DNA of 28,244 bases, taken from the NCBI GenBank assembly GCA_021781075.1, contig JAJXXN010000191.1:1-28244 (forward strand), in the 5' to 3' direction. Positions within the stretch are counted from its first letter, which is position 1, and each line of letters begins with the position of its first letter. The position numbers and the translations under genes are program-made. Positions 27,412-28,244 of this stretch are shown piece by piece. Under the pieces are notes generated by a model. It worked only from the letters and a program-made list of their open reading frames with translations. It was not told the DNA's origin and made no database searches. Source of the stretch: Acidobacteriota bacterium (GTDB taxonomy: Bacteria; Acidobacteriota; Terriglobia; Terriglobales; Acidobacteriaceae).

Positions 27412-27621
27412 TTACATTCCCTTGTCGAGGCGGCGGACAAGAGTCTGGCGTGCGCCATCAAAGCCGATGCACTGGAGGGCGGTTTTATTGATGTCGATGG
27501 TGGAGAGAAAGGCCTCGACGAGCCTGGAGAGGGAAATTTCGTGGTTTGCGGCCCAGACACGGGCGCGCTTGTAAGAGGTTGCAGAGATGGAAATGGTGAG
27601 GTTTTTGCGTACGGGTTCCAT
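27412..27621 (-). CDS. Small ribbon-helix-helix (antitoxin/CopG-like) protein, 69 aa
   Basis: MEPVRKNLTISISATSYKRARVWAANHEISLSRLVEAFL fits RHH strand-helix-helix; it is the 3' part of track ORF 27412..27816. Confidence 0.6.
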   Translation of the reverse strand: MEPVRKNLTISISATSYKRARVWAANHEISLSRLVEAFLSTIDINKTALQCIGFDGARQTLVRRLDKGM

Positions 27622-27702
27622 GGATGTATTGTGCGATGGAATGTGGAAATAATCTGCAAAGGCGACGGGCAGGGAAGCCCGGAAAAGTCCACAAATTTCC
27701 CC

Positions 27703-27725
27703 AGGGGCTAAAGCCCTTTTTTTTT
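27703..27725. repeat. REP-like palindrome followed by T9
   Basis: AGGGGCTAAAGCCCT then a T-run (27717-27725); resembles a palindrome I recall as dispersed in Acidobacteria, not verifiable here. Confidence 0.35.
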
Positions 27726-27842
27726 GCCCTCCCAGGGCTGAAAAGAGGCAAAACCCGCCCCGAAGGAGACGAGAATCCTGAACCACGCCAGCAACGGCAC
27801 GGCTAGAATGCGGCACTACCGAGCGCCCCCCCTACCAGCAGC

Positions 27843-27968
27843 CTCATCCAGCAGGCCGCGGATTACCTGTCCGCAGCCTGAAAGCTTGCAGCATGGACAA
27901 CGCCGGTGCGGAGAGCGAGGAACAAGCAACCGCGGATTCTTCACCGGCAGGTGCGAGCCCGGAATGAG
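27843..27968 (+). ncRNA. Candidate structured cis-RNA with SAM-I-like core
   Basis: CTCATCCAG ... GCAACC ... GGTGC ... ATGAG in SAM-I order, upstream of a Cys/Met gene; P2 region atypical and P4 absent. Confidence 0.25.
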
Positions 27969-28056
27969 ACGGTGTTGGGAGAGCGTGGCGGCGTGTTGGC
28001 AAGCCGGGCGGCGGGTGCGGGTAATCTATATAGTAAGAAATTTTGAGGGGGCAGGA

Positions 28057-28244
28057 ATGAAGGACGAGATGAAGTATGCGACGCTGGCGGTCCATGCGGG
28101 GCAGTACCCGGATGCGCAGACGGGCGCGGTGAATGTGCCGATTTATGCGACGTCGACGTTTGAGTTGACGGGGGTGGGGACGGACCGCGGTTGGGACTAT
28201 TCGCGGGCGGGCAACCCGACGCGGGACCGTCTGGAGGAGGCGCT
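28057..28244 (+). CDS. Cystathionine gamma-synthase/lyase family PLP enzyme, 3'-truncated
   Basis: MKDEMKYATLAVHAGQ...TGAVNVPIYATSTF...YSRAGNPTRDRLEEA; purine-rich RBS. Not in the track because it runs off the edge. Confidence 0.9.
   Translation, partial: MKDEMKYATLAVHAGQYPDAQTGAVNVPIYATSTFELTGVGTDRGWDYSRAGNPTRDRLEEA

Noticed and set aside
27745-27780. GGCAAAACC...GAAGGAGACG resembling a c-di-GMP-I riboswitch start
   Set aside because: The stem around the supposed GNRA loop does not pair, and no P2 or tetraloop receptor follows.
27808-28056. 83-codon, Cys-containing in-frame extension upstream of the Cys/Met enzyme
   Set aside because: No RBS at 27808, the family N-terminus begins at 28057 with a good RBS, and open frames of this length are common in GC-rich DNA.
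1-28244. tRNA, rRNA, CRISPR array, integrase or transposase
   Set aside because: No cloverleaf, regularly spaced repeats or recombinase motifs recognised by eye.

Overview
Core-chromosome-like window, probably from an Acidobacteriota bacterium (inferred from an Oar-like TonB receptor, the gene mix and lineage-style hypotheticals). About 28 CDSs: gcvPB (5'-truncated), a PIN toxin with an unusually large upstream partner, a ~900-aa exported protein, PilZ, rsmI, a site-2-protease/CBS protein, rsmD, tatA, rsfS, nadD, VKOR, an alpha/beta hydrolase, ggt, a TIM-barrel protein, a lipoprotein, mltG, ruvX, greA, a CDP-alcohol transferase, a thioredoxin, a TonB-dependent receptor, rlmH, cobO, a small RHH protein and a Cys/Met PLP enzyme (3'-truncated). 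No tRNA, rRNA, CRISPR array or transposase was recognised. Strongest leads: (1) a non-canonical PIN toxin-antitoxin-like pair whose 247-aa partner ends in a VapB-like tail; (2) a 114-bp TA-flanked inverted-repeat element whose ends supply the stop codons of both flanking genes; (3) two apparent pseudo-enzymes (S2P with HExxH changed to RExxR; TIM barrel lacking metal ligands); (4) RsfS fused to a histone-H1-like tail; (5) a SAM-I-like RNA core upstream of the Cys/Met gene; (6) a sigma54 promoter with a structured leader for the TonB receptor; (7) repeated leaderless-type promoters. All family calls come from reading motifs by eye; no searches were run.
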